From Blasia pusilla (Eukaryota): a DNA stretch of 64,000 bases. Location of the stretch: positions 5,332,001 through 5,396,000 of the forward strand of contig CM114271.1 in the NCBI GenBank assembly GCA_050084515.1. Reading direction: 5' to 3'. A program made the translations under genes and the position numbers. Every line of letters begins with the position of its first letter. Position 1 is the first letter of the stretch. Shown here piece after piece: positions 24,601 to 38,220 of the stretch. The notes under the pieces were generated by a model. That model saw nothing but the letters and a program-made list of their open reading frames with translations, was not told where the DNA came from and searched no databases.

Positions 24601-27600
24601 TCCCCTCGAGCGTCTCCAAACTCGAGAGCTTAAGTTGGTCCCCCAATTAGGGCTCTCCATCTTTAACCTACTCCAACATCTGAGCCCTATACATTCATCT
24701 TGAGACAAAGGAAAGTACTTCAAGCTCTCCAAAAACTCACTATCTACAAGCTTTACACCAAAGAGTTTATTCAACGGCCCACTTTTCTTCAATACACTCT
24801 TCCCCTTTCCTTTCGTCCAATTCATTGTTTTTAGTCTAATTTCCATATGTATTCCACTTTACCTGCTTGTTTGTATTGTACTTTCCTTGTGAAGATGATT
24901 ATGGATAGTCAAAATAGGAGCCGGGGAGAAGCAGATTTTGGAGATGAATAAGACGGAGGAGTCAAACGACTGAAGTAGTTGATGGAACTTAACACAAAGG
25001 ATCAAGGGAGCCTTTGAAGTTACCAAGAGGTGAATCGAGTAGCAAAGCTCACGGTTACACCAAAGCGAGCAACATGTGACTTGGACACCCTAGAATAGAA
25101 TGCAAAAAGAGCAACGTTTATAGTTTGTTTCTACCCTACCAAAGCAATTTAGATTTTTGTAGATTAATAGAATTCTCTCACAACCTACAGGGAATCCAGA
25201 CATTAAAAAGCATAAATACATGCACAAACACAAATAAATATATGAGTATGAAAGCATCAACGGTTGAGTATTTAATGAATGAAAGTAAAATCATGGAGTT
25301 TCTTGAATTGGAACCTACAATATCTTGATTGAGAGGAATGTATTTGCTTCCAGGAAGAAATATTGTTATATTTTCTTTAAATGCAAAGAAACCCTAAAAG
25401 GCACGTGGGCCTTTAGATTGATGCCTCTCTTGGAAAATATTGTAATTGTCACGTAGACAATAAGAAGGATGTCAGGTTTTTGTGTACATGGTTTAAACTT
25501 TTTTTTTAAGTTAGAGGGATTGAGACCCCCAAAGGTTGGAACCCTAGCTAGATAATTGAATTTATGGTGTTATACATATCTCATTTTAGCCACCCTACCT
25601 AAACAATGTGTGTTTAGGTAGGGTGAATCCAATTTGCTGAAGGTGCCAAGGCTAGAGGGGCAGACAAGAAGGGTTTTATATGTATATATATCCTTTACAA
25701 GAATAAGTTTGCATAGTTTGAAATTCAGATCGTAGGCGAGATCATAGGCATATCAATTGATAAAAGTAAACCTAGGTAATGCCAATCATCTTCTCAATAA
25801 AGGCAGAGTTGATAATTTGGAATTTTATTTAGTTCTCAAGAAATTAATTCAAAATACTAGTCTTTTCTTTAGTTTAGCCAAAGACACCTCTTCAAGCATC
25901 ACTACTCACAACCAATATCTTCAATTTTTTGTAGAGTTAAGTTTGTTTCTTTGATATAAATCCTAATGTAAAGGCATTTTGAGACATCTTGAAATTATGG
26001 ATGATGTTGTTTTAAAAATCCTCAAGTATTAACCTAATTTTATTATTATAATTGGCATGGTTTATGTCAAAAGTTAGGATTTCTTAGCTTATATGGGGTT
26101 TCCTTTTTTTAACTCAAATATATCGTGAAAAATATCAAATCATATTGACTCTTTGAATCTCCCTTATTTCTGATGTGATGGGCTTTATCCATGTTTTCTC
26201 TTCTGTTCTAATTTCATACTTATGTGCAAACTAGTTGGCCCTTCTATAGATTTGTCCTATCTCCCATAAAAGACGCTTTGTATGAGAAACAGGGATGGAA
26301 AAATCTACAATGAGTATTCAAAAGGGAAGTAGGTTATTCCCCTTATCTATAACTTCTTATGGAAAATCTTACTTATGTCTCTGATAATGATAGAGATGGC
26401 ACACTATGCCAAAAAATGATGGGAAGATCCACAAAAGCTCTACATCGAGGCATCTATTTCGTCCCAATGATTGAGTTGTAGTTTTTTAGAAAACCCTTCA
26501 GAAGAAAGGACACTTTACAAAAAATTAGATTAAAAAAATTCATGTTGAAATAAATAATGGGGCTTAAAGAGTTGAGGACCAAATTTTCCTAGCCTAGCAC
26601 CAAATAGATGGGGCCCTTTTCTAATCTAACTACTTAAATTAAGTTTTATTTTACTCTTACAAATGACAAAAAGAGAAATTAGGCATTTAATAACATCATA
26701 ACCTATCACAAGAGCACACATCAAAAGTTTGTTGCTTAGTGCTAGGACACAGTATACTTCATATCATTCTATTATTTGTATCAATCCTAATATGTTATGC
26801 TCCAAAATTTTGATACTAGGTAAAAGGCTTTATACTTGGCAAGTATTTGTTCATCGAATTTATAAAAAAACATGCAACTAAAGATTATTTGGATCATATT
26901 TCTAGTGTTGGAAATCTTCACCAAAAGAAATTCCATCGGAGAAAATGATGTTCATATTTTTTTCTCCGAATATATTTAACACAAAATTTCCTTGAGCCAT
27001 ATTTTTATCAACGAAAAATTCTCATTCTAAATATCCTACCTATAAAAGCTTCCTTGTCATATTTATTTGGTTGGAGATTTTTCATTGGATATTTTCATCC
27101 TGTAATTTTTAATTTTTAATTTCAGTCTTTAGAAATTCCTTGCATGAAGTAATCAACTAGAAAACCAAAACTTCTTCACATCAAAATTTTGTTGTAAGGA
27201 ATCCCCGTCACAAATATCTCTTCGGAGGAGAAAAAAAATAGAATTTCCTAATCACAAAAGGTTTCATTATTTCTCCTCATAGCCTTTTCGCTAACTCAAT
27301 ACATGGCATAAGTATCAAATTACTAGTTGGTGTAAATACATCATTGTATTATAAATTAAGGACTCGATTCAACTTTTAAGAATGTTTGAACTTAGTTTTT
27401 AGACTTGTTGAGTTTGGAGATTAGACTTTTGTAGCTTCTCAATTATACATTAGTTCTCATAAATTATACATTTGGTTCTCAAATTTATAATTTTCTATAT
27501 AATAAATAATTTTATTTTAATTTTTTTGTGATATGTTATGAATCAAAATTATAATTAAATAATAAGAAAAACTCTTTAAATATCCTCGATTTTTCAAATC

Positions 27601-27623
27601 CTATTTTTTCACGTAATAATTGA

Positions 27624-27658
<35 letters not shown>

Positions 27659-30600
27659 ACCAAAATATTTTGAACTTGAAATATAATTATAGAATTTGTG
27701 GAAATTTTGGAATATCTTTTATTTCTTCCCTTGACATCATTTATTTTATTCCATATCAAGATAAAGAAACATTGATTAAAAATTTTGAATTTATAGTCAA
27801 AATTCCCCGTAGCATTTTATCACTAATTTCTTGTTATATATTTTGGTTTTTTAACAAAAAGGTGTTTTATCGAACAACTTTGTCTTTGGTTGGATAGCTT
27901 TATGTTGCAAGTATGTTTGAAAATAGAACTTGCATAGCTTTAAATACTCAATTCATCCCTAGACTATAAAATTTTTATATATACGATTGATATCGTCTAG
28001 CTCAAACCCATGGAAAAACGCTAAAGGAGGATTTTATTTTTTTCAAATTCCATGATTAAGTCAATGTCACCTTGCTACTTACATGTTTATCCTTGCTTAT
28101 CATTTCCTGTGGATAATTATGGGATGTGATACTCATACCCCTCTATCTCTGCATGGAATTTGCTTTGTTGGACATAAGAGTTAGAAGGTGCATAGAATTA
28201 GAAGAGATGAGAGTTCACGTAGGGATATGGAGTACTAGGGAAAGCGTGCATAAGACCAAAAAAAAGAAAAAGAAACTAGAGTGGTTCTTAGTTGTAGTCT
28301 TTATTTGTGCTCTCCATAATTTCTCACGCATATATCCACAATATCTTCATCAAATCATAAAGAGTATGAATTTCATCCAAGAATCCCCAACATCCCCTCC
28401 ATAACTTTTTTTGTGACTTCGTAGTTCTAATCTCTCGTCAATCACTCAAAATTTCAAAAGGACCATTCATCAAACAAAAATTAGAGGAAAATTTGGAGAA
28501 TTTAAAGTTACAAGAAGTTACGGAAAAGAAAAGGCCAAAGACTACAATTATAACAATTGGTGAGAAAGTGACTATCTTCATACACCATAGATCTCTTGAT
28601 TGACCAATATGGATATGTAAAATTTGAATCATATATATTATTTAGAAAATGATGAAAATTTTCAAAAATCATGCTTTCTCAAACATCATTAGAAGACCCT
28701 TAAACCAGATCTCATTACAAAGAAGAAGGATTGATATCCATCAAGCATGGGTTCTATTGATGAAGATCCATGGATTTAATTTAATCATTATGATATTGAG
28801 TGTCGTATTTCTAACCAAAAATGATTTTATTTTGTTAATATCATATTTATCATGACTTGTAAGGAGTGTCTAGAATTTTTTTGAAGGAGATGCTTATGAT
28901 TGGTCATTAGTTTGTAGGTAAAGAGAAGAGCTTTCATCCATAATTTATTGCAAAAAAATAAAGAAGTATGTAAGTCCCATGATTTTGCTATTTAATTATG
29001 TATATGGATTATCACTTGAATTTAATTAAAATCTTATTTTCTTGTCTTAGAAGGGTGGTTATTATGATATTAACTACTTGTGATAACGTGTGGAATGTGA
29101 TATGGTTCTCACAAGTTTGGTGAGAACATTCCAAAAGCTTATAAGAAGAGAGTGTCATGAACTTTACCTTTGGATGTTGAGTATAATTATGATTGTGCAT
29201 ATAATTGTAATATGCTTCCATCCTTTACCTTTAGTATATCTTGACTCTCTATGCTTTTACTCTTATATTGCATTATAAAATTATTGATTTCATTACGAAA
29301 AGTATTTCAAGTGCAGAGCTTGCAGAATGCAAGTTATTCTACACGCTTCTGGAATCCTAAGATATGAGTTTTCAATGGTTGGATGGTAGCATCCGTGCTA
29401 GTATTACTTCTTCCATTAATACGATATAGAATAGCATTAATACGATAGTATCATAGTGTTATTTTGTGTGTTCCGACTCGAGTTCTCCAACATTGTATGT
29501 TGTGTTATTACCGACTATTAATTGGAAAAAAACCCAATGCATGAGGGAGTAATATTCCGATGGAGAGAAATATTCCAGACTATAAGTGTTTCTGAACTCA
29601 AAACCCGAAAAGGGGAAGCTTACCGGCTTGATGTGTATGTCTCTCGGTAGTGGAGATAGAGTCCTTACCAAAGTATACGAAGACAACTAACGCAACCAAT
29701 GAGTTGATAAGGAGAATATTGGTAGTATGCTCAAGGTTGGATTTAAATCTGTTTGATATTTGATCCTTTCCTATATGATCCATACATCTAGATTGAAAAT
29801 TATGGTGATTTGTGGTAAAAAATTAATTCTTAAAACTTGTCTGATTGGAAACCATAATAGAAATTTTATTATTATTATATTTTATCATTACATATAAATT
29901 TTGAGAGGGGAGAGTAATAAGGTATAAGTTAAACTATAATTATGGTTCTGAGTTTTTTTAAGTTCCTTGGTTTAATAATAAGGTTAGAAAGTCACTTTGG
30001 TTTATTTTATTTATTTCACAAGAATTTCCCCAATAATTTATAATATGCCAAAATTTTATCCAAGCCTAAATAAATGGGTTGGTTGTGTTTAGGGTTGTTT
30101 TTTATCTCTATTTTTTCCTTCGTCGAAGGTTTTTTTATTAATTTTTTTTGGAGATAAAGTTGGAGACCATAAATTTTCATAGTATAAGAGTTTCATAATG
30201 TTCTTTTTGTCTTATGATTATTTGCTATCACTTTCACAAAAGTTAAAAGTTAAAGGGTGAGGAAGCTAGACTACATCTCCCAAGACCCTAAAGTCCTCCT
30301 CCAACATTTACCACTATTATTGCCCAATCACATTGCCTTCATTGATAAACATATCTTCTTCCCAACATCCTTTTATAGAGGATGTCAATTTTTTTACTCG
30401 AACCTATATATTGATACGAAAACACCATTCCAAAAAACTACTCGAAGAAATGCCATATCTTAAATGATTGTAAACGGAATCAGTTTTTTGAAATCTCAAA
30501 TAGTTTTCTTGAGAAGAGATGAATATTTCAAAGGACTTATACTTCTCTAGTAGTCCTTACAATATGATCAAAATTACATCATCGTCATCTACGATTTATT

Positions 30601-33600
30601 CTAATACTAATCCAATATCCTTAGTATTAGAACTAATATTCTAAGACTAAATATATTATCAACTTTATTATAAGATCCTTTTCCAAACTTGTGAAAATAT
30701 GGATTTAACAATGACATTCAAGTTTTAGATAAGGTGATAGATATGCATATATCATTTCTATGTTTTATTTTAATGGTCATAGTATTAAACTATGTGAGTC
30801 AACTCTAGTTTAGAGATGTATTTGTAATATAAGTTAGTTAGTTAGTTATCATTAATAGTCATATGGATTGTATATGAGGAAATATTTATGGAGAAACTCT
30901 ACACATAACCTCTCAATCTCATTTAAAAAAATGCATATCATTTTGGATTTGAAACTTGACTATCTATAAGTAGAAGGATCTAATCATCATCTAAAGGGAA
31001 AGTTTGAGATTTTTAGTATGATAATGTACATATATATTATGCAGTGTAGATATATGTAGTTGGTAGTTTGTCACTATTTATGATATGTGGATATGAGAAC
31101 GATAAGTGTTGTGTCATAATTTACATGTGCATAATATATATTTTTTATTTTTAGAGTACCATATATGGCGTGCTTTGCTAAAAGTTGAATTTCCCTCTAA
31201 TAATTGAGTACTTTTCCACACCCCTACTATCTATGACGCGCATATTGAAAAGCTACTTAAATATTAGAAAACAAAGGAAAGAATCTACTTATTAATTTTT
31301 TTTCATAATTTCCCCTACCTAACTCAACACTCCTTAAGAGTCCTAATAATTGAGGCAAATACATTGGAAATTTATGATTGTAAGATTTTGAAAGCAAGCC
31401 AATATAATCATGACAGAGATTTGTCTTTGGTCTACCTACAAGTGATAAACGTACTTATAAAAGATCTGTCAAAATTCATTTATCCATATGTAGTCGTCCA
31501 ATGCAATCGATCAGAATTTGGCAAACCTTCAATGATTGATCGATTACTTATGTCTGCACTATCTATCCTTTTATACTTTAAGGACAACTTCCAAATCATG
31601 GATTCAAAATGAAGACATATGCGTGCCTTCATTTTACACTAGAATGATCATTATGAAAAACCCTATTTTAATCAAGTCATTGCATATTAACACCTATGTT
31701 TTATAAGTGTGCATGAGTATTATTCTACTTTTTTTCAACGATTGGAAAGATGAAGATCTTGGGGTTTATCTCATATAAAACATATTGTGGCCCATTTTAA
31801 ATCCTAAGATGCAAGGCCTTATCTTCGTAGTTTCTTCACACGTTCTTTTCAAATAGAGAATGTGCTTCTTCTCTTTAATTTCTTCCCCTAAAGGACACAC
31901 GTCTTCTTTGAAGCTCATCATACTATTTAAGATTCAAGATATATGTTCATATTATTCAAGATAAGATTCACGATCAAACGAGGATACAAAAACTTTGAAA
32001 GATGCTTGGTGGCTTGTTTTGAATAATTTTTTTCAAAGGCCTTATTTTGAATTTTCTTCCCACCTCCTTCATGCATGAATTAGTGTTCTCATCTAGCATC
32101 CCCCATAAAAAAGTGTTTCCTTCGATACCCATAGCACTAAGGTTATGGCTTCCAAGGAAAGAAAATTCAAGAAATAAAAGTAAGAGTTCCATTAAACAAG
32201 TAACCACAAGGAATGAAGCAAGTTAGTTGCTATCAAGGAGGATTAATAAAGAATTTCTTGGATTCATGCAAGCAAAAATTGAAGGGAAGAGGGTTTAGGG
32301 TTTAGGGAGTGGGGGACTACATATAACTATATATTCTTGACTTCCTTTTATAGAAGAATCCATTTTATTATAAAAATCGTTTTTATCTCAAGACATGAGT
32401 TCAAGTTTCGATATTGAATGTAAAAAGGGGAAAAATGAAGGGAAGTTTTTCTTGACGTCCTACTCTTCCCTTAAAATAAGAAAGAGAAAAATCCTAAGTG
32501 AAAGTGAAAGACTCATAAATAAAAATATTTAAAAAAAAAAAAAAAATGTACATTTTTCTGGATAAAACCAACCACCCCCTCCAACGGAGTGTAGTTGGAC
32601 GCAATGAGATAAACAAGAGGATAAAGTCGTCCACTTGGATGTATGCACGTTAAAAAATCATTTCTTAAGAATACTTTGGCCGTCGAGTTTCGTTCTGGAT
32701 TTTTTTTTTTTCGAAAAAAAAACACTTGAGGACACTAAAAGTTGTCGTCAAACCTTTTATCTCGTCGGTTTCGCAAGTCAACTGGTTAGATGGCAATCAT
32801 GCACCGCAAGAACCATTTTTTATGTTTTTGGTTTTTCCCACGTCGTCGTCATGTACCACGTGCAGTCCTGCGATGCTTCGAGGCATGCAAAGTTTTGTAA
32901 ACTTATTGGCACGTGGCATTCGCTCAATCGTGAGATTCTGTATTCACATACGATTTGAAAAATATTTTTGTTCACGGGAAATTAATTTTTTAAAATCCAA
33001 AAACTGAGGAATATCATTTCTAAAATTGTGCACGTGAAGAAATAAGAACCGATGTACTATGAAAAGAAATATTTTTTTTAAGTAGAGAAATATGCGTATA
33101 ATGCATGACCATGTGATAATAAAATCCGTCAAGAGGGATAGTACCCCACACAACCTCCCATGACATTCGTAGGGCTCTAAGGAAAATAATAAATAAATAT
33201 TTTCCTTAGAAACTAAAATCAGCCAACTCAAAAGAGAAATACTCGGTTAGAAATATAGTATGAAAGGAAATAAGGAATTAGGAAACTCTGACGCAACGCT
33301 AAAGAAAGTGGAAGTGGAAGGAATCCGTGTACGCAAAGGAAGACGTGAGCGAGTTTTAATTACTCCGACGCAAACTGATGGCTTTGGGATATTACGCAAC
33401 CCGATGTGAACATTACGTCAAATTCCGTGCTTCCACAGGCTATCATAATGATGGCTTGCGGTCCTTGGTCCCGTCCCACAGTCTCCCACTTCTAGAACCA
33501 GCCCTCCGGGAATCCTTCCTCCGGTTCTTTCCCAAGGTCGTCGCTAAGTTCAACCTCGGGGACAAAAGTGATGCGTTCATTCTCCTTCCACTACTTCGTG

Positions 33601-35149
33601 GAGTTGTCACCGGCCGGGAAAGATTACTGAAAAGGCTCCCGGGCTTACCGGTAGAAACTTGGTCGTTTACCGGCCAATCCAAAGTTGTAATTTTCTGCCA
33701 GGCATTTAAACCTCCAACGTAATGTTTTGAGTTCCAGTTCTTAAGGAGTCATGATATCATGTATAACGGTTTTGAAAAAAAAAAAAATTCCTTCCTCTTT
33801 GCAAATGGTTGGATGTGGTTTTAGTGTGAGGGTGATTATTTTGAATTGATGGGTTTACGAGTACGTTCTAGATCCAAACTGATAGTTGTCTTCACTAAGG
33901 GTGTTGCATTGTCCTACAAGTCGTAAACATTTATGGGAGAGAGGTTTGACTTATGGATTGTGTTTGTTATCCGAATTGGAAAAAAGGATCAACTTTAGCT
34001 ACCGCATCCCTTTATTGTAGAGAAAAAGTATTCATAGTTTTGAGACGAGCCCAAGCTAATGGGCTTCTAAGGCTGGCTATGGGGTATGCCTATGCTTAAG
34101 GCCCTATGCATGGTAGTCACGTACCCTTAGATGTAGTTGATATCATTATGGGTGTTGATGAGTTTTGCTTTTAGGGGACTCATACTTTTCTTTCGCCCCC
34201 ATCGTGTGTGACCTGATGTTATCAACTCTTTTCGTCCCCCTTTTGTACTTCCGATGGGTTTCCCCATCTCCTTTCATTGAGACATGTTCCATTACAAGTG
34301 CAAAATACCTAGGTACACTTCAAGATCTTGCCAAAGATATCATCAAATTTAGAGAGTTTCTTGGACCATGACGGTTGAAACTCCTATGGTCGATTTTGAG
34401 ACGTGCTACCCTCCATCCATTCCACTTTCATCCTTACTCAAAATCGCTTTGATTTCATCTTCGAAGGGACCAAATTAGATTTTTGTATATCATACTAGCC
34501 GACGCTTGTGCCATGCATGAATGATACTTAATGTTGTTATTTTTAATTTTGTTATTAGATTTCTTTAATTAGACTCCCTCTCTCAAAATAACACGTGTCA
34601 ACACCATAAGAACCCTTAAAAGACAAATGTTAACACCTAAAAAAAAGTTTTCTCTTTACGGCCCCTACAAGTAGGCCTTAAATTAAATGTTGTTTAGGGA
34701 CTGCGCCACATCCTTCGTCTCTTATCTGAGCAGGGAAGCACTCCACGTGGACTATTTACATGCGTGGCAAAGGTTTATTAGCGCTACCGTTCCACTACGT
34801 TCGTAGGGAGTACTGCAACACTCTGCAAGTTCGTGCGAGAAGCAATGCAACGAGTGCACGAAGCCGTCGTTTTAGCTTTCTCTCTTGATCGTTCTCGCAT
34901 GTTGCATGGATTGTCTCGCTTGGAGCGTGTTGATCAGATTCTCCATCAATGTTTTACTCCTACGTTCAAAACATAGCTTGTAACCGCCCCAATTGATGGA
35001 TTCTAGAGAGACACCTTTATGTTCCGTCTCCGTTCCAAGTGTATTTCTTTCTTTCTTTGTGCTTTATGAGATTGTTGCGCGCTCTCTGTACATCAACAAC
35101 ATTGACTTCACACTTGCTATTCTTTGTGGCATTCTGCTTTTTTTTTTCA

Positions 35150-37810
35150 TCTTGAAAATGTTCAATGCAAGATGCCCATGGAGAATGTGCGCAACTTTTT
35201 CATACGAGATTACAATCTTTTCTGGCACGTTTCATATTTGGCGGTCCAAAGATACTTCGTAGAGTGCTCCATTATTAACTTAGGTATGAACTACAAGGTC
35301 GAGGGAGCCTACATTGCCACATGATACTATGGGTTGATGAATCAAATATAGAGAACATAACATTAGAGGTAGCTGCATATATCCCTTTAACTTCTGAATC
35401 AACTTCATCTGCACCACATGAGGTGTCAACACTTTCTTCAGATGACCTTCTTTCACAATATCTCTTAAATAAGAAATTACATAGGTGTAAAGAAGGGGTG
35501 TGCATTATACGCAAAAGAAATCAGAAACTTTATTTCCACCTTGGATTTCCCTCACCTCTAAACCAACAAATTCAGCCATATATTGATCCAAATACCATGA
35601 GATGGAACTATTATCGACCATCTCTACAGCATCGTAACGTAATACCATACCATCCTTTGATCTTGCTACTATGGGGAGCCCACATGAACATACAATGGGT
35701 AACAAACACTGAATGGTCCTTCTATCTACTAAAGTATGCCCTTAAATTTGAACCAACAGGTTCCTTAGACATTGACACTGACACTGCATGATGCATAGGA
35801 TTAGGAGGATTAGATGAAATCAAGCTCAAATTAATTTCTGGAGTAGTCCTCAATAGATCTATTTCCTCAATAGATGCCGCATTAACCTCTGTGCAAATAC
35901 CGATTATTTATCGCTCCCAGGCTGTTCACTATGTTGACTCCAATCCGCCATATTGACGCAACTCCTTATACAAGAATGCTTATGTTCCCTGCATTCATCC
36001 TGTTGTCCTATATTCTAATAGGCCACTATAGCTTTATCACATCGTATTTTGTGTGTACTGGTCAAATTACAAATTATCCAAAGTTTATCCTGTTAATATT
36101 AATAAGTTTGTTTCCCTAGACAATCTTGGAAATATTGTGTTACATACAAACCGTATTGTGTAATTTACTGAGTTCCACCCTCTCCATCAATGGAACGAGT
36201 TTTTTAATACAGCCTTGCTACAAAGAATTTCATTCAGATTTGAACATTCTCTTCTATCTTCACACTTCCAATCCTTGACATATTTACATGAGTACATGCA
36301 TAGGAAAATAATCAATGGAATTGAGGATGTTTACACTCTTGTTAAAGCCCACGTAATGAAGAATTTATGGGGCCAAGTTCATATTTCAGAGATTCTTGCC
36401 AAAATTATTGACATACTAAAACCCGAACTAGATGTCAACATTAGTGATATGCTCCTGAACTATTCATGCCATAATACTCGATCTTCATCATCAGGTAAGG
36501 TCCATATCCTAGACAACGATCTCTCTACTCTTAATGATGAGTAGTTAGTTCTTTTTAATACTCTTCACAGCCTTACGTCAGGTCGTATTCTTCTAAAAGG
36601 TCCACCTGGTTGTGGTAAGATATATTTCATAACATTCATGCACAATATATGGACTCGGGCAGGGATGAGCCCATTGCTAACAAAAACTACAGGCATTGCT
36701 GCTGTTAGACTTCACAATGAGGCCACCACTATTCATTCTGCCTTTGCTATACCCATAAAAGATGATCTCCCAACAATGCATCCTAGTTCTGATACTTATT
36801 TTAAGTTGAAGTTTTCTCACGTAATTGTTATAGATGAGTGTTCAATGCTGACACCGAATATTCTACAAATAGTTCCAATGCGGTTGTATGAGGTTTGTAA
36901 TAATGATCATATGAATCCATTTGGTAACAAGCTTGTGATTTTAGTCGGTGACATGTGTCAGTTACCTCTAGTATATAGCCATAAAACCAACCATAACTAT
37001 AAAACCTGCCGCTTGACATCCTCAAAATTCTTCCATAATATCATAACCTTTGAATTTCCAACTCCAGTGAGGCATTCAAATGACCCAGACTACCTTAAAT
37101 TTCTTAATTATGTTAGAAACACACCGCCTACACAATTTGACCTTAACAATCGTTTGTCAGAGTATTTTGTTTCAGAAAATGAAGCTATTGATTTCATGAA
37201 TCTTGACACAACAATTATATGCACGCAATGTGAAGATGTGTCAATTTTCAATGTACTTGCTTTAAGACGTCTGATTGGGGATGCATCTATTGTAAAGGTG
37301 TTTGTTACATCAAATGCTCCGCTCACACCTGAATTTAGTGCTTGGTTAGGCGACACAACATTCCATCAATTGCCATATGGTGCCTTGCATTCAGTTGTTA
37401 TGCTTACTTCAAATGTCAATCCAAGGTTGCAAGTTGCCAATGGCTCCTTGGCAAAAGTGAGACTTAATTTACAATGGTGAGGACTTGGTAGGTATTATGG
37501 TCACCATATTATGAAGCAATAAATCTTTGCTTATTAGTAGATCAAAATTTGCAACTCTTAGGTATGCATCCCAATAGAAGTATGTTAAAAGGACATTCCC
37601 ACTAACTCTTGGATATGCAATGACGGGTCACAAGAGTCAAGGTTCAACATTTATGGACCTTGTCTTTTGGTTATCAAGTCTGTATTTGCTATAGGCCTTG
37701 CTTATGTTATATTATCTAGAGTAAAGGCAAGAAACTAGCTAAATTTTGTTGGGGAACTACATCCTAAAGATTTTCATGTATTTGGACAGGATAATCATCA
37801 TTTGCAAGAT
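35150..37810 (+). pseudogene. Helitron RepHel (HUH Rep + Pif1-family helicase), disrupted
   Basis: ELQGRGSLHCHMILW (HUH, 35288-35332); PYHPLILLLWGAHMNIQ..YLLKYALK; GPPGCGK (~36600); VIDECSM; LVGDMCQLP; FPLTLGYAMTGHKSQG; GLAYVILSRV. Contains stops and frameshifts. Confidence 0.92.
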
Positions 37811-38126
37811 TAATTTTCTTTGTTGTCATTTTAAGAAGACAACTCAACCTCCAGCCATTCCAACCTTAAGTAGAGGTTTTGTAACTTTACAAAATTCAAT
37901 TCCTCTATAGTCTCCTACCTCTTGTAGAGGACTTGCTAACACTCACTTCTCAAGTTCCTGTGAACTATCTTGATTTTTCCAGCATGATACTAAACAACAT
38001 TAACACCCAACAAGAGGATAGAATTCGACTTATTGTGAGTTTTTTTTTTTTCAAGGCTTTGGGTTCTCTTGATGTGCATTTGATATGCTATCCAATAGGG
38101 AGTGAGGGGATAGATACTTATGATAG

Positions 38127-38148
38127 TATATATATATATATTATGATA

Positions 38149-38220
<72 letters not shown>
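38127..38220. repeat. (AT)n followed by (GA)n microsatellite
   Basis: Direct reading. Confidence 0.95.

Noticed and set aside
29300-29800. Higher-complexity minus-strand ORF fragments (possible organellar or viral insert)
   Set aside because: No motif was recognised and the frames are short and broken. A tBLASTx search would be needed.
32291-32307. GGG(TTTAGGG)2 interstitial telomeric repeat
   Set aside because: Only two units, which is common in plant TEs and promoters; not evidence of a chromosome fusion.
21700-32500. Genes in the long AT-rich interval
   Set aside because: Only short low-complexity ORFs in CpG-depleted sequence; probably decayed TE DNA that I could not classify.
33443-33682. 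79-aa basic ORF in the GC island
   Set aside because: Non-ATG start, no domain, and no supporting splice structure.
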